A stretch of 64,000 nucleotides of DNA from Octopus bimaculoides (lineage: Eukaryota), in NCBI RefSeq assembly GCF_001194135.2, contig NC_068981.1, positions 126,760,478 to 126,824,477 on the forward strand. The letters run 5' to 3'. Under the pieces are notes generated by a model that saw only the letters and a list, made by a program, of their open reading frames with translations, did not search any database and was not told where the DNA came from. Made by a program: the position numbers and the translations under genes. This document shows, one piece after another, positions 13,409 to 26,830 of this stretch. Within the stretch, counting starts at the first letter, position 1; the number at the start of each line of letters is the position of its first letter.

Positions 13409-14372
13409 ACTGAAGCTTCAACACACAATAAGGGAATCCTAAGAATTCAGTGAAAAACTATAAAGTCACCGCACAAACATCAAATCAAAACCAAACACAG
13501 AATAAAACTAAAATCCAAATATTACTGAAGACCACAGAATTCCCCATAGAATCATTCAAACAAATACCTGGTTACGATATAAATGTACCTTCGAACCCAC
13601 GATTATAAACAACCTGAATAAAAGAAATACATATAGATAAATTTGATTTGACACTGAGGAAAATTATAGAAGACAACAATATATATGAACATGGCTCGAT
13701 GTAAACACTTGCCCAAGCTACACACGAACAAACAGTTTCGTGAAAGAGTGAATAGATGTAATAGGATTTTGCCAGGAATTCCGTTCATGGAAATAAAGCA
13801 CCCACATATCAACGGACAGAAATTTTTAATCAATTCAGTGGGAGTGGAAGTAGCGAAGGAAATGGGGTTTGTTTCAAATAAAGTGATGACCCCATCACCA
13901 CCATACACACACAAGCAATCATGCATGCGTACACATGCCCCCATATACACACACACACATTCAGCCACACCCCTTCTCATAAAATGCAAAAGAGCCCTAC
14001 TACATAAAATAGAATAAATAAAAGGAAGACATGTTCTTGCTTAGCGAACTGGAAAAAATGGAATCTACGCCGAAAAAGCGAAATGAAGCTCAATAACTGA
14101 AAAGCATATCAATAAAAAAAAGACAGCTTTGAAGTAAAAGTAAAGCATTTAGCGAATCATATCAGCAAAATCATGCAAGTGAATTTCTAATTTTTTTTTT
14201 TTTTTTTTCACAAGAATTTTAAAATTAGATACTAAAGTATTATACAGGGACATTAAAAAAGAACAATATTTGATGGATGATACTCTAACACCAACAGAAA
14301 AGCATTCACTACAAACAACACTACTAAATGATGATGATGATGATGATGATCATCATCATCATCATCATATAT

Positions 14373-14800
14373 GAAAAACCGACAGAAAAGAGATGGTATA
14401 AGCAATCACCAAAAATATCTCAGAGAATGACAATGCGAACGTGTTCTGGGAAATGCCAACCTACGCAGACATGAGGTTCAAGGTTAACCATCCGGATATT
14501 GTTCTCAAAGACCAAAAGGAAAGGAAATTCCTCTCCTAATGTAAGTATCAGTCCCAACAGACGATAAAGTATCTCTAAAAGGAACAGACAATTATTCAAA
14601 TAGAAAGATCTGGAAACAAAGTTGACACTAAAGTCGGGTTTAAAAACATAAGCAATCCCTATCCTAATAGTTGCCTTGGGAATGATTAAAACACTTGGAA
14701 ACAAATATATGAAACAAATTCCAATGACTTACAAATGTGCACAACATACATAAAATAGCAATACTAGGCACAGCATATATACTATGTAAAGCACAGTGAA
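14373..14800 (+). mobile_element. Degenerate R4/Dong-like restriction-like endonuclease (RLE) fragment
   Basis: KRWYKQSP / SENDNANVFWEMPTYADMRFKVNHPDIVLKDQKERK ... IPILIVALGMIK ... YMKQIP, with frameshifts. Matches the WY.H.P..EN....LWD....D....NRPDIV..D and VPVVIGALG patterns. Confidence 0.75.
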
Positions 14801-14824
14801 TGCAATACAAAGCCAAAACACTGC

Positions 14825-14902
14825 ACGTAGTAGTAGTAGTAGAAGAAGAAGAAGAAGAAGAAGAAGAAGAAGAAGAAGAAGAAGAGCAACAACAACAACA
14901 AC
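14825..14902. repeat. Compound (GTA)n(GAA)n(CAA)n microsatellite
   Basis: Seen directly. Confidence 0.95.
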
Positions 14903-14999
14903 AGTTGTTTCTAATGGAGCTACAAGGCCAGAAATTTGGGGATAGGAGATACCCACGATACGTGACTAATATAATGATAATAACTCTCATTGTAGGAAT

Positions 15000-15177
15000 A
15001 AGGCCAGCGGTTTTGGGGGAAGGTGTTAGTCAATTACATTGACCCCAGTGCTCCACTTCGAAAGGATGAAGGGCAAAACTGACTTTTGCAGTATTTGAAC
15101 TCAGAACGTAATGCCAGGAGAAATACCGCTAAACATTTCGTCCAACGTGCTAACGATTCTGCCAGCTCGTCGCCTTT
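15000..15177 (-). mobile_element. tRNA-derived SINE, family B
   Basis: AAGGATGAAGGGCAAAACTGAC...ATTTGAACTCAGAACGTAA...ATACCGCTAAACATTT...GCTAACGATTCTGCCAGCTCG is the reverse complement of family B. Confidence 0.8.
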
Positions 15178-15913
15178 ACCAATGCCTTAGAAATAGAATA
15201 ATTTTATGCATTGGCATAAAGTCGGAGATTTAGCACAAGGAATGCATATAGTCATAGATTTGCTTGGAGCGATAATATAGCAATGTAACGATCATGCATT
15301 TCCTGTTTTAATTAATTGAAAGAACTCCAAAATAGGAACAAAACTAAATATTGTTTTCGGTTTTAAAGGAAATCCACGAATACAAAACAAAAGCCTAAAA
15401 GACAGACAATTGAAAGGAGAAAGGTGAAAAAAACAAAAAATTGTAAGAAGAAGAAGAAGAAGAAATAAATTACTGAGCTTAAGGTGGAGGTACATAATGC
15501 CATTACAAAACAAAGACAAGACAATCCTCTAGATGACCAATAAAAAAAGAAGTCAACAGAATGGAAATAAACAAAAAATCACAACACTTGCTGAAAAGTG
15601 AAGAGTAGAAAGATGAGCCGGAAGGATTCTTGATTGGAACACATGATCAAAGCATTCCTACCAGAAACCACAAAAAGAATGCAATGCAGAAATAATGATA
15701 TAAATGTTATTGGGGATGAATTCATTAGTAACGACAGAATATGGAAGTTTGGTGGGGAAGCAATTAAATTGGCTGCCAAAAAATAGGCATGACAAAACTA
15801 TATCTATGCAATTATTCCCAAATGGACAAAGCCCCTTGTAGCAGCAATGCCAAGCTAGGGATTTTTGGAAATTGGCCGTGATCCCCAACCTAAACATTCT
15901 CCAGAAGAGAACG

Positions 15914-15958
<45 letters not shown>

Positions 15959-16499
15959 GCAGATTCAAACAACTAAACATTCTAGGTGTATTTTGTTATC
16001 TAATTTATCAGATGACAATATAGAAAGATGTAACTAAAACTTCTCTATTTCTGGAATCTGTTCTTTTTTTATATAAACTACATTAAGTGATAATATTAAC
16101 AAGTTGCTCTTTTATTTAAGAAATGTAAAGATCTCTGCAGTACAGAGATCCGTATTAACAGCTTTCTGACTTTTGATTTACATTTGTTAAAATTTTATTT
16201 TTATGAGTCATTAAAACGTACATTCAGCATTCTCTTCTTTTCTCTTCAAACTATATATGTAATAGCGTGATCACATTTTCGAGTATCACTGTAACGATAT
16301 TTTGTTCGTAGTCATAATTCAGGACATTTTGCTTTCATTTTAAAACTTAACTTAAAGCGCAATCAACGGAAACAACATATTAGTAAGAAATATGAAAATA
16401 AAATTCTTAAATGATCGAACTAGTCAAAACTTAAGGATGTTAGGAACTAAAATTTGAATAATTAAATACATATTATATAGAAGGATACTGGATAAATTT

Positions 16500-17560
16500 T
16501 CAAAACGTGACTCCTGTACAAGAAACTTGGCTTTGTGTTCAACCAACTGAAAATAGTCTAGAAGAAACCTCCACTCTTGACGACAGTTAGACAAATCCAG
16601 TTTTTCTACTCAAGGATAAATTGCATTGTTTCAGTTTCTTTAATTTCTCTGATATAAAAATAAAAATTTACATAATATGAAGTAGCTTTGCCAACAATAC
16701 TCCAATTTATAATTGGAGGATCCGTGATCCCGGAGTTTCTACATGAATAGAAATAGGAATACAGGTGAGGATTATAATGTCCTTGAAATCGATGGCAGTG
16801 AGCCTCATATAATTCTGTAGCATGTTGAATAACTTATGCCAAATATAACGCCTTTAGCAAAGCCAGATTCATTAGAAATCAATTGTTTCAATAATTGCAA
16901 GATGAGTTTTGAGGCTGTGGAGCTGTCTTCGATGGTGATGTGTGCTGATGAAAGTGATGTATAGACAAGAATAGTTATCCTTAACATTGTGTACATTGAA
17001 AATCTTGTGGAATTTATGTACTAGTGGGAGTGGTACTTTGCAAGAAATAGGATACTTCTGGATATGTCCATAGAAATATTTAAATTAGCGTGAACGGTAA
17101 TCAGATTATTTTGTCATCCTCTATTTTAATTTATTAAAATATTCTTTGAATAAAATAGCTTTTCACTGAAGCTATTCCTGGCTCGCACTATGGTATAAGA
17201 AAGGTACTATCCTATCAGAAATTCCTCTGTCCAAGGATAATTTGAAGATTGTTCTGTTTGATTTGTCTGCAAGTATTTATTAGATGTTGCAAGTGTAAAG
17301 ATGCTCACAATATGAAAGATGTCTTTTGTTGTTCAAGATATTTAGGAAGGTATTGGTTGTATGTAAATATCATGCCTCTTTAATTGGCTTGATTAAGTGG
17401 TATTCGAAATGCTCAAAACCTTTGATTTGACAGGAGCCGTTTTGCATTTTAAATTCTCTCTCTTGTTTGCAGACCTAAAGTTGGACTATTAGATAATAAT
17501 GAAGGCAAACATTGTCCTTAGGGAATTTTCATCAGAGTAGCACGCTGATTCAAATGATTC
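16500..17560 (-). mobile_element. Highly decayed non-LTR RT remnant
   Basis: Scattered minus-strand motifs in RT order: EVEDFANHL, LKCKTAP, KYPIS, ISNESGFAKG, LTAIDFKD. Many stops and frameshifts. Confidence 0.3.
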
Positions 17561-20500
17561 GCAAAATCCTCAACTTCCTGTCACGCAAATTAGCCACCGT
17601 TGCTGAAAATATACTTCAGCCGCGTCGTCTCCTTTACGAAATAGTAGCCTAAAATATTTTCGACTACGTTACCTACTTTGATCTACTTTGCTAATCACCA
17701 TTGCGAATGCTTTTAGAAGCGATTTGCGTTTAACATCTTCAGTCATAAAAGACATATGAAAGATCACATACGTATTTTCGTGTTATAAAACCTTGAATAA
17801 TATACTGATTATTTATCAATAGTTTAGCATTAGATATAAAGCAATATAATGGGTGCTGTTTCCTTTCGTTTGTACATATAAACGTATAACTGTGTGTATG
17901 TAATGCATGTGTATATATATATGAATGTGTCTTTATAAATACCTATACAAACATATGTGTCTATGTGTGTTTGTTTAAATGTATAAGGGCCTTCAATGTA
18001 TTTATTGATATTATTGCATAAATGCACGAAGAATGTAAATAACATCACAGAATTACAGACAGATTGCATTGATGTAGGTGTGGGTTGGTGTGAATCTGGT
18101 TTTATGTGTAAATATCAGTGAGCGTGTCTTTGTGTGCGTGTGTGGACCTATTTATGAAGCAATTGACATCATATCTGCTACTGCATAGCCAGTTCCATTC
18201 TCTATTCTATTTTAATTCCTCCCCGAATACAACCAATCTAGTATCTTACCAACCAGGACACAGTGACATTTGTAACTGAATACATGAAGTTTAGTAAATA
18301 CATCAAATACATAAAAATTACACTAACCAAAGCATTAAATTTGTTATGTTTTTGCTCCACATTCCCTTTTGTGTCAATGTCATTAGTCGGCACATTACTA
18401 ATGTGCCCAAATAACATCAGTTATGTAAATTTTTGACTTAAAGTCAGTCTGATGTATTTTCTCACATTAATTTTATTTATATAGTTTTCATTTATCGTAA
18501 ACTGGTTGTTGTAAAAACTTTCCCTGAAAATAGTAATTTCTTGGTATAAATATTCTCCGGGTTTGGATGTTAACTATCATATTGTAAATTAATGAACCTC
18601 GACCATTTATATTGCATTTCTGCTACTTAGGGTGATTAAATGAAATATTCCCTGTACGTTCCTTCAACTAGGACAAGTGTGATGTCTGTGGCTGGGGCAC
18701 TTGACAGAGCCTATGTTGAGATTTTAACTGCAGATCCTTAAAACAACAGAGTGATAGCCTGCTGAAACTGATTTCTAATATTTCTGTAAGAAATGAAATG
18801 TCTCTTAAATTTATATGTAATATCAATAAATATGTTAACAATGTACAGTTCTAACATATTTGGTAATGGGCTAACTTGAAACAATTGTACAGTAAACAAA
18901 ATTACTACTATGTTTCACTTTTCCAGCAAATGCTAAACACCATTTTGTCCTCTTTTGATCGCATCAGCTAAATAAAGCCTTCATTGTACGAGCCTAAGTA
19001 AAGACGAGAAAATCATACAGTGACAGTACAAGGTTGTTCATTTATTGGCATAGGAAAATAGAATTCTTTAGAGAACAGTCAATTCAAAGACACCATCTAC
19101 ATAAAAAAGACAATAGTTAAGTTAGTAAAGTACTTCGTGAAAGTAGCACTAAACATATTTCATGCAGAGAGCATTAAAAAGCTTACTAGAAATAAATATA
19201 CTATGAGGAAAAGTCAATATTAGTGAATTACTAATATTATTTTCATTTTTTTACTAGTAACTGCGAAAGACGATTCCGAGTATGTTTTGATCTTATCCTG
19301 ACCTCATCAGTGAAACATAGGACAAGTACTACAGAGAAATAATTAAACTCCTATTTAGCAGAGTCTGAGTAGTAAATTGCTTTCCTACTGTCAATAAACT
19401 GGTGTTGTGTTTTTAAGTGGTTAATAATTTTTGAGAAATGTATGGACTCATATAATCTCAAACCTCGCTCGAGAATCAATATTTTATGTATTTCTTTTTA
19501 TAGTATTTCTACTATAAATATACAACCATTAAGGCCTCTATTAATATAATATAATGTAATATATTAACAAATATATATAACATATAGTACTTCCTCTCTG
19601 TTTCCCTCGTATCACAGATCGCTGCATCATATATAAACATCGTTCGCTGTTCATGGTGTCTGGTTTAAATGTAGTACGATACGATTACTCTGCTCCTTGC
19701 TTCACAGAATACATTTCCTTTGAGTTTCTGTTGGCTACCTTATATCTGCTTGCCAAAATATTTACACAGTATCGGATCCTATGTACAGTTGTAGTTTCGT
19801 TATAGTATAAATAGTAATGAATATATTCTAATTTAATGGGAGGACGGTTCATATATTTGTTTGTTGGGTTGTTTTTTTTAATAATAATGATAATGATAAT
19901 AATAATAACGGTAGTGGTGGTAGTGGGGTGATAATAATTACGCTGATGTGAATAATAAGAATAAGAATACTTTGAAATGTAGGCGGAAACGTATCAGATA
20001 CTTTACATATGTACCTCCCTTGAGGCCAAATAATGTTAAACAACATCCCTTCCTTAATCTAAAGGAGGAATAAGTGACCCAGCTGATTAAACGTGTTTTA
20101 AAGACCACCTGTTACCACTTCTACTCTTAATCTATTTTCAAGTTAGCTTTCTTTTTGAAAGAAATATGTACCAATAATTATTTTCATCAAAGATGAAATA
20201 ACTGAGCTGTTAAAGTATTGCACTACAATCATACGGACCGTGAATTATTGCTGTTGATTTTATTGCTGCTACCACTTCTATTGGTATTGTTGTTGTTTAA
20301 CTCCAAGCTATGACCATTTTTTTATAAACATACGTTCTCTGCGGTGTTCTTCTTTAACAGTAGGATGTGCAGCTCTTATTTCTAACATTTCTAACAAGCC
20401 AAGTGACTGCAGAGAGGCCTCTTTCATTGGCTCCTGTTGCTGCTGATAGTATTCTGTCTTAACGTGTTTCAGTTCACCAAGAAAAATATCAGATCTTATG

Positions 20501-21931
20501 GGAATGCTTCTAGCTACAGACATACACCATATATAATATATTCATATCGCATATACTTATGAAATACATACGTAAACACCGAAATATGGATTACCTGCTA
20601 TTCGCATAGAGGTCAATCATTTTATGTTAAAGAGCTGACTGGATAAGGCATATGAATATAAATTAGGAATGTCTGAATTTATATCTGCAGCGGGCGTTGC
20701 AGTGTGTTTCTAAACCCGTAATTTTATTCCAAGTGAGTAGATTTCTAGCAGAGAAAATTCTATACCTTCATTGTACTGTTAAAGCAGCTGAACAAACATA
20801 AAGTTAAAGCATATACCTGAAATGACCATCAGAACAGAAGATTATGGAGATTATATGTGAAATTCTAAAAAAATGAAGAATTTATTGCTAAGTAAATAAA
20901 AGATGTCCCAAAAAGATCTGATGCCAACGCCAACATTTCTATATGGTCTCTACAGAAATAGTAGTTAAATCACCCTCATATCACTCCTACCAAATTAAAT
21001 TAAGGAAGGGAACATTGGATTATATAGTTCAAATTATAATAACTAAAGACAAAATTCACGATTACATTTGGAACACTTACTATCATAATGTCTGCTGAAT
21101 CATTGCTGACCTTTGATTTAAAAAAAACAAGAGCCTCACCGGTATACTTGTTTCAGAGTATTTTATCGATTTCATCGGAACCTCTTTTTCATAAATTTCT
21201 TTTGCATCTTTATAGAGGTTTGGATTATGTTAGATAAAATTTATATAAACTTTGTAAATGTGTACAAAACTATACCTTACGTCCACATCGAGATGTCAGC
21301 GTAAATTTAGTGTTACTGTTTGCTTACAAACATCTCATTTAATAAAAAGAAAGCAAGTTGTTACAATAGCGAGACTTTGGAGTCTCACCTAAGGGAGCAG
21401 TGACTGAACTATATACCCAAATGGAATTTGAACTCTGAGGCATATACGACTCTCATACTGACATTGCGAACTATGCATCTCCATTGCAGACGACATATGT
21501 GTATTAAATATGCAATCTCCGTGCATAAACCGGGAGACCCGTTTCCTTCTTTCACGGCTGAAGGCAGACGTTTAAACAGATGATGTGGTCATATATGCGA
21601 AGCGGCCAAATTCATCTTACTAATTTATTTACGAGAATGAAGATGACCCTAGAAGCTAATATCAATAACCGCCCTGTATTCTAAGGTTTATAAGCCACCT
21701 CCGCCTTCAAAATACAAGAGCTTTCCTTCCCCACCAACTTGATGATGACTTCCGAAATATAAACATTCACTCGTTTGCCAATTACAAGGAAATCATAGAA
21801 AGACAGTGTTCGAGCCACGCAGTCATAGCATTCTCTACTTGTCAGGTATACGCTTCTCACATATTCCACATCATTCAGATTGAATAGCAATATATGAGGA
21901 AATAGAATTATTTCTGGTCTTGTCATATATT

Positions 21932-22138
21932 AACTGGCACTCCGTCGGTTACAACGGCGAGTGATCCAGATGTTCCGATCAACGGAACAGCTTTATCGTG
22001 AAGTTAACGTCCAAGTGGCTGAGCGCTCTCACGCGTACCCTTAAGTAGTTCTCATGGATATTCAGTGTGACACAGAATGTGACAAGGCTGGCCGTTTGAA
22101 ATACAAGTCCTATTCATTTTTGCCAGCTGAGTGAACTG
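21932..22138 (-). mobile_element. SINE family C, 3' part, truncated by the adjacent palindrome
   Basis: Reverse complement contains GGCCAGCCTTGTCAC...GAGAACTACTTAAGGGTAC...CTGTTCCGTTGATCGGA...CGACGGAGTGCCA, shared with the intact copy at 48503-48886. Confidence 0.85.
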
Positions 22139-22244
22139 TTTTAAAAACAGTTTACAAGAAAGTATTTAAGAAAGTAATCAGAACGGGACTCCAAAAAGTA
22201 TTATGAGTTCAATAAAAATCATGTTTGTTTGGCAGTATATACAT

Positions 22245-22424
22245 AATAGGCGCAGGAGTAGCAATAGGCGCAGGAGTGGCAATAGGCGCAGGAGTGGCAA
22301 TAGGCGCAGGAGTTGCAATAGGCGCAGGAGTGGCAATAGGCGCAGGAGTGGCAATACGCGCAGGAGTGGCAATACGCGCAGGAGTGGCAATAGGCGCAGG
22401 ACTGGCAATAGGCGCAGGAGTGGC
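22245..22424 (+). repeat. 18-bp tandem repeat x10 (AATAGGCGCAGGAGTGGC)
   Basis: Ten consecutive units; the last one is the 5' end of the family A SINE. Confidence 0.95.
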
Positions 22425-22815
22425 TGTGTGGTAAGTAGCTTGCTTACAAACCTCATGGTTCCGGGTTCAGTCCCACTGCATGGCACCTTGGGCAGGTGTC
22501 TTCTACTATAGCCTCGGGTCGACCAAAGCCTTGTGAGCGGATTTAGTGAGACGGAAACTGAAAGAAGCCCGTCGTATATATGTATATATAATTGTGTATG
22601 CGTGTGTATATGTTGTGTATCTGTGTTTGTCGCCCCAATATCGCTTGACAACCGACTCTGGTGTATTTAGGTCACCGTACCTTAGCGGTTCTGCAAAAGA
22701 GTGCGATAGAATAAGTACTAGGCTTACAAAGAATAAGTCCTGGGGTCGATTTGATTCGACTAAAGGCGGTGCTCCAACATGGCTGCAGTCAAATGATTGA
22801 AATAAGTAAAAGAAT
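22407..22815 (+). mobile_element. Full-length tRNA-derived SINE, family A
   Basis: A box TGGCTGTGTGGTAAG, B box GGGTTCAGTCCC, central conserved block, internal (TA)n/(TG)n, and 3' end GCTCCAACATGGCTGCAGTCAAATGATTGAAATAAGTAAAAGAATA. Confidence 0.9.
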
Positions 22816-23740
22816 ATAAGAAAACACAGGAGATATATCTAAGAATTTACAAAGAATTGTAGAGGAATAACTGACCTGTCTTTCTGACATTTTGTCTTCA
22901 GAATGTCAGAAAGACAGGTCAGTTATTCCTCTACATTGTTTTGTAAATTCTTAAATATATCTCATTCTGTCTATATGTATACTACCAAACAAACATGATT
23001 TTTATTGAACTCATAATACTTTTTGGAGTCCCGTTCTGATTACTTTCTTAAATACTTTCTTGTAAACTGTTTTTAACAATTTCTTATTATTATCAAAGAA
23101 TGTATATCTGTATTTTAATACTTTTGTGATAACCAGTACTTAACACAACAAAGTTCATACAAAGCTTTACATTTTACTTTTGACAATCTTTTTCTAAAAA
23201 AGTGAAACCGGTCAAGTGAATAAACATCTATAATTGCATTTTCAAACCCTTCTTTCATATATATTTCGACTCGTGCGGTACCTTACAACTTTACTTTGTT
23301 ATATATATAATATATANNNNNNNNNNNNNNNNNNNNNNNNNNNNNNNNNNNNNNNNNNNNNNNNNNNNNNNNNNNNNNNNNNNNNNNNNNNNNNNNNNNN
23401 NNNNNNNNNNNNNNNNNNNNNNNNNNNNNNNNNNNNNNNNNNNNNNNNNNNNNNNNNNNNNNNNNNNNNNNNNNNNNNNNNNNNNNNNNNNNNNNNNNNN
23501 NNNNNNNNNNNNNNNNNNNNNNNNNNNNNNNNNNNNNNNNNNNNNNNNNNNNNNNNNNNNNNNNNNNNNNNNNNNNNNNNNNNNNNNNNNNNNNNNNNNN
23601 NNNNNNNNNNNNNNNNNNNNNNNNNNNNNNNNNNNNNNNNNNNNNNNNNNNNNNNNNNNNNNNNNNNNNNNNNNNNNNNNNNNNNNNNNNNNNNNNNNNN
23701 NNNNNNNNNNNNNNNNNNNNNNNNNNNNNNNNNNNNNNNN

Positions 23741-23777
<37 letters not shown>

Positions 23778-24394
23778 TACATACATCTTCAAAATATCTT
23801 AGAAAATACACTGACCATAATGAAAACAACCTATGTCACCACCTCCCCAATCATTTAACTAACAGAGAATGTTGTAGATATTTCATTCTCTTAACTGCCG
23901 CATACAGAAATTACCACACAATATAATAAACAACTAAGAAAAAATTTAGACTAAACTCCCATCTATAGCCTACCTCAAGGAGGAAAACACTGAATGAGCC
24001 TCTTCATAGTCGCTCGACCAGATCTAGCAATCACATGCTTTCTATTCTATATCTCAGTAGAATGTGTCCACATTAAAGCTGATTTAAATACAAAACTTTT
24101 GACACATTTTGGGCAAAATCAACAGAGTGCAAGTGTTGTTTTCACAAACGAGGTATATGAGTCACGTGTTCGAACTGTTGCTTTTGTCAATAGACTGCTT
24201 CACATAGATCCTTGAGGTACTGCTGAATGCTAACAATTTCAACCGCGGCTGTCACTTTCTTAAAATTCAAAACCATAATCAGCGTGATCACACTTAAATC
24301 GTTTGGATCATTTATAGACTAAATTATGATTATATAGTAAATGTATATTTGTATCTTAAACTCAGAGCAAACGTGCAAAAAATTGTTACTCAAC

Positions 24395-24590
24395 GTAATT
24401 GATATTGGTTTCAAATTTTCGCACAAGGCCAGCAACTTCAGATAAGTGGATAAGTCGATTACATCAACCCTAGTACTCAACTGGTACTTATTTCATCGAC
24501 CCCAAAAGGATGAAAAGTTAAATCAAACTCAACAGAATTTGAACTCTGAACGTAAAGGCGGACGAGTTGTCGCTAAGCATTCTGCCAACT
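24395..24590 (-). mobile_element. tRNA-derived SINE, family B
   Basis: GGTACTTATTTCATCGACCCCAAAAGGATGAAA...GAATTTGAACTCTGAACGTAAAG...CGCTAAGCATT. Confidence 0.8.
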
Positions 24591-25023
24591 TGACACCTTC
24601 AAATCAATGTAATTGATATTAACTTACATAATGAACTTTTACTTTCATAAATGATATTTGGGAAATGAAGTTACAAGATGATACTTCAGTTGTTAAAAGG
24701 TTAGCTTATTGAATCTTAGAATCGTTGATTTTTTTTCAAACACGTATTTCATCCCTGAAATTTGAAATTGACGATTCCATACAGCTCTTGCGGTAATATG
24801 TAGCAGAATTATATTAACATGTTGATCCTATGTTAAACAAGACATATTACTAAGAGTTGACATTTTCAATTTGAACATAACTTTGATTCTATATACACTA
24901 GTTACTCCTCGTTCGTTTATAAATACTGATATCCCAAGATTTCTCGGAACATAATGACTAATTTTTAAAATTAGTTTCTTTCCTTTAAAATAAGAGCATG
25001 CGTGTATATACATATATACATAT

Positions 25024-25068
<45 letters not shown>

Positions 25069-26714
25069 NNNNNNNNNNNNNNNNNNNNNNNNNNNNNNNN
25101 NNNNNNNNNNNNNNNNNNNNNNNNNNNNNNNNNNNNNNNNNNNNNNNNNNNNNNNNNNNNNNNNNNNNNNNNNNNNNNNNNNNNNNNNNNNNNNNNNNNN
25201 NNNNNNNNNNNNNNNNNNNNNNNNNNNNNNNNNNNNNNNNNNNNNNNNNNNNNNNNNNNNNNNNNNNNNNNNNNNNNNNNNNNNNNNNNNNNNNNTATAT
25301 GTATAAATATATATATATACATATATATATATATGTACATATATATAATATATATATATATATATATAATGGCTTCACACTGTTTTCATACTGAAAGCAG
25401 AGCAGTCTTGTTGAGTTTGTTGTTATTGTGTTGTGTTTAAAAGATACAATTTTACTGGAGGTGGAGCTCAAGTTTCACAGTCGGTGTTTTGCAATGTAAA
25501 GATTTTTGAAAAACTTAAAACACACCCATTTTTAACTGGAATCGTACAATGCTCGACCAAATAATAACAAAAGATACCATCTGTCTGTGAAATATTGTCT
25601 GTAAATCTTGTTTCAGTATAGTAGAAAAAAGTTTTAAATAACATTTGAAATAATATAAGAAATAATATTTCTTCTTTTGTCTCATCTTTTATTCGGTTAC
25701 GTAACTGTCCTAGATTTACTCAAATGGTTATATTTGTCAAAAAAAGGCCAAAAAAAGTAGGTTACAAACGAAAAAAGCGTTCATATTCAATCAGTATCGC
25801 ACTTAGATATTTACTTAATAAACGGCTTCATTATCCAAATATATTAAAACATGTCAACAGCATTTCGTACGAGAAATAAAATGTTTCTTCTAATAGAATG
25901 TTATCTGTTCAGTTGTGCAAATTACGATATTTAAGATACATTAAATTTAACATTAGTCTGTCAGTTCTTTCCAGAACCATTTAATTCCTAAGAAGAGTAC
26001 CTACTAACCAAGTAATTTTCAAGTTTCCGTATTAGTACATCACAAATTTCTCGAGCTACATTGGCAATCTCTATGCAGTCACCTAACCTGCTAAGAACAG
26101 TAGTCACATCTCAAATCTCCTTCAAATCACATCTATTATCTTAGGAAGAAACACACTGAACAATATAGCTCTAGAGCTATTATGTCTAAATTAAAGGCAG
26201 TATAGTTACAGCTGGCATGTATGATAATAACTCTGCTCAATCAAGAATTTCTGACTCTTATTAATGGGTATTTAAACCACAACGTAACCAAATTTTACGA
26301 AGGGACGTAACTAAATAATGAGAAATGTATTTAATCCAGCACTCTACTCTTTTGAGCTCTCAGCTATCCCAAAATACGGAAATATAAAAGAAAAGCACGA
26401 ATGATAATGGGCTAAGCAAACATCTATTCTAAACGGACTTACTTCAATATTCAAGTAAATCGTCAAAGCTCTTGGAAGATATACGAGGATGATTAAAGTA
26501 TTTTTAATACCATTCCATACCTGTATTACACATTGGTCAGTCCTTGGACGTTTCACTGGAATATCGGTTTTTGTATAAGATTTTTCTAGTCCCTCACTCT
26601 ACCTCATTTGCGTTTCTAGGAAAAGAACACGGTATGCAGTCCATTACGAACCTTTCCACAACGCAACGTGTTCAGTTCCAAGATTAAGAAAGAGACGAGG
26701 AAAAGCAAAAATCG

Positions 26715-26830
26715 ATTGCAGTATTTGTATATTATTTCATAAAGATGAAAGCAAAATTGACCTCGGCACGATTTGAGTTCAGAGCGCAGAGAACCGAAAC
26801 AAATATTGCAAAATATTCTATCTGGCACTC
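26715..26830 (-). mobile_element. SINE family B fragment
   Basis: AAAGATGAAAGCAAAATTGACCTCGGCACGATTTGAGTTCAGAGCG. Confidence 0.6.

Larger units (their letters stand above)
22141..23076. repeat. Foldback palindrome interrupted by a SINE
   Basis: Outer arms 22141-22244 and 22974-23076 are reverse complements. Inner hairpin arms are 22830-22891 and 22902-22963 with a 10-nt loop. Confidence 0.9.

Noticed and set aside
20308-20523. Minus-strand 71-aa ORF (YYQQQQEPMKEASL...) as a nested gene
   Set aside because: No recognisable domain, partner exons or convincing splice sites.
22178-22651. ORFs with GAGVAI / RRRSGN / LLPLLR repeats
   Set aside because: All are readings of the 18-bp tandem repeat plus SINE sequence; no splice signals or domain similarity.
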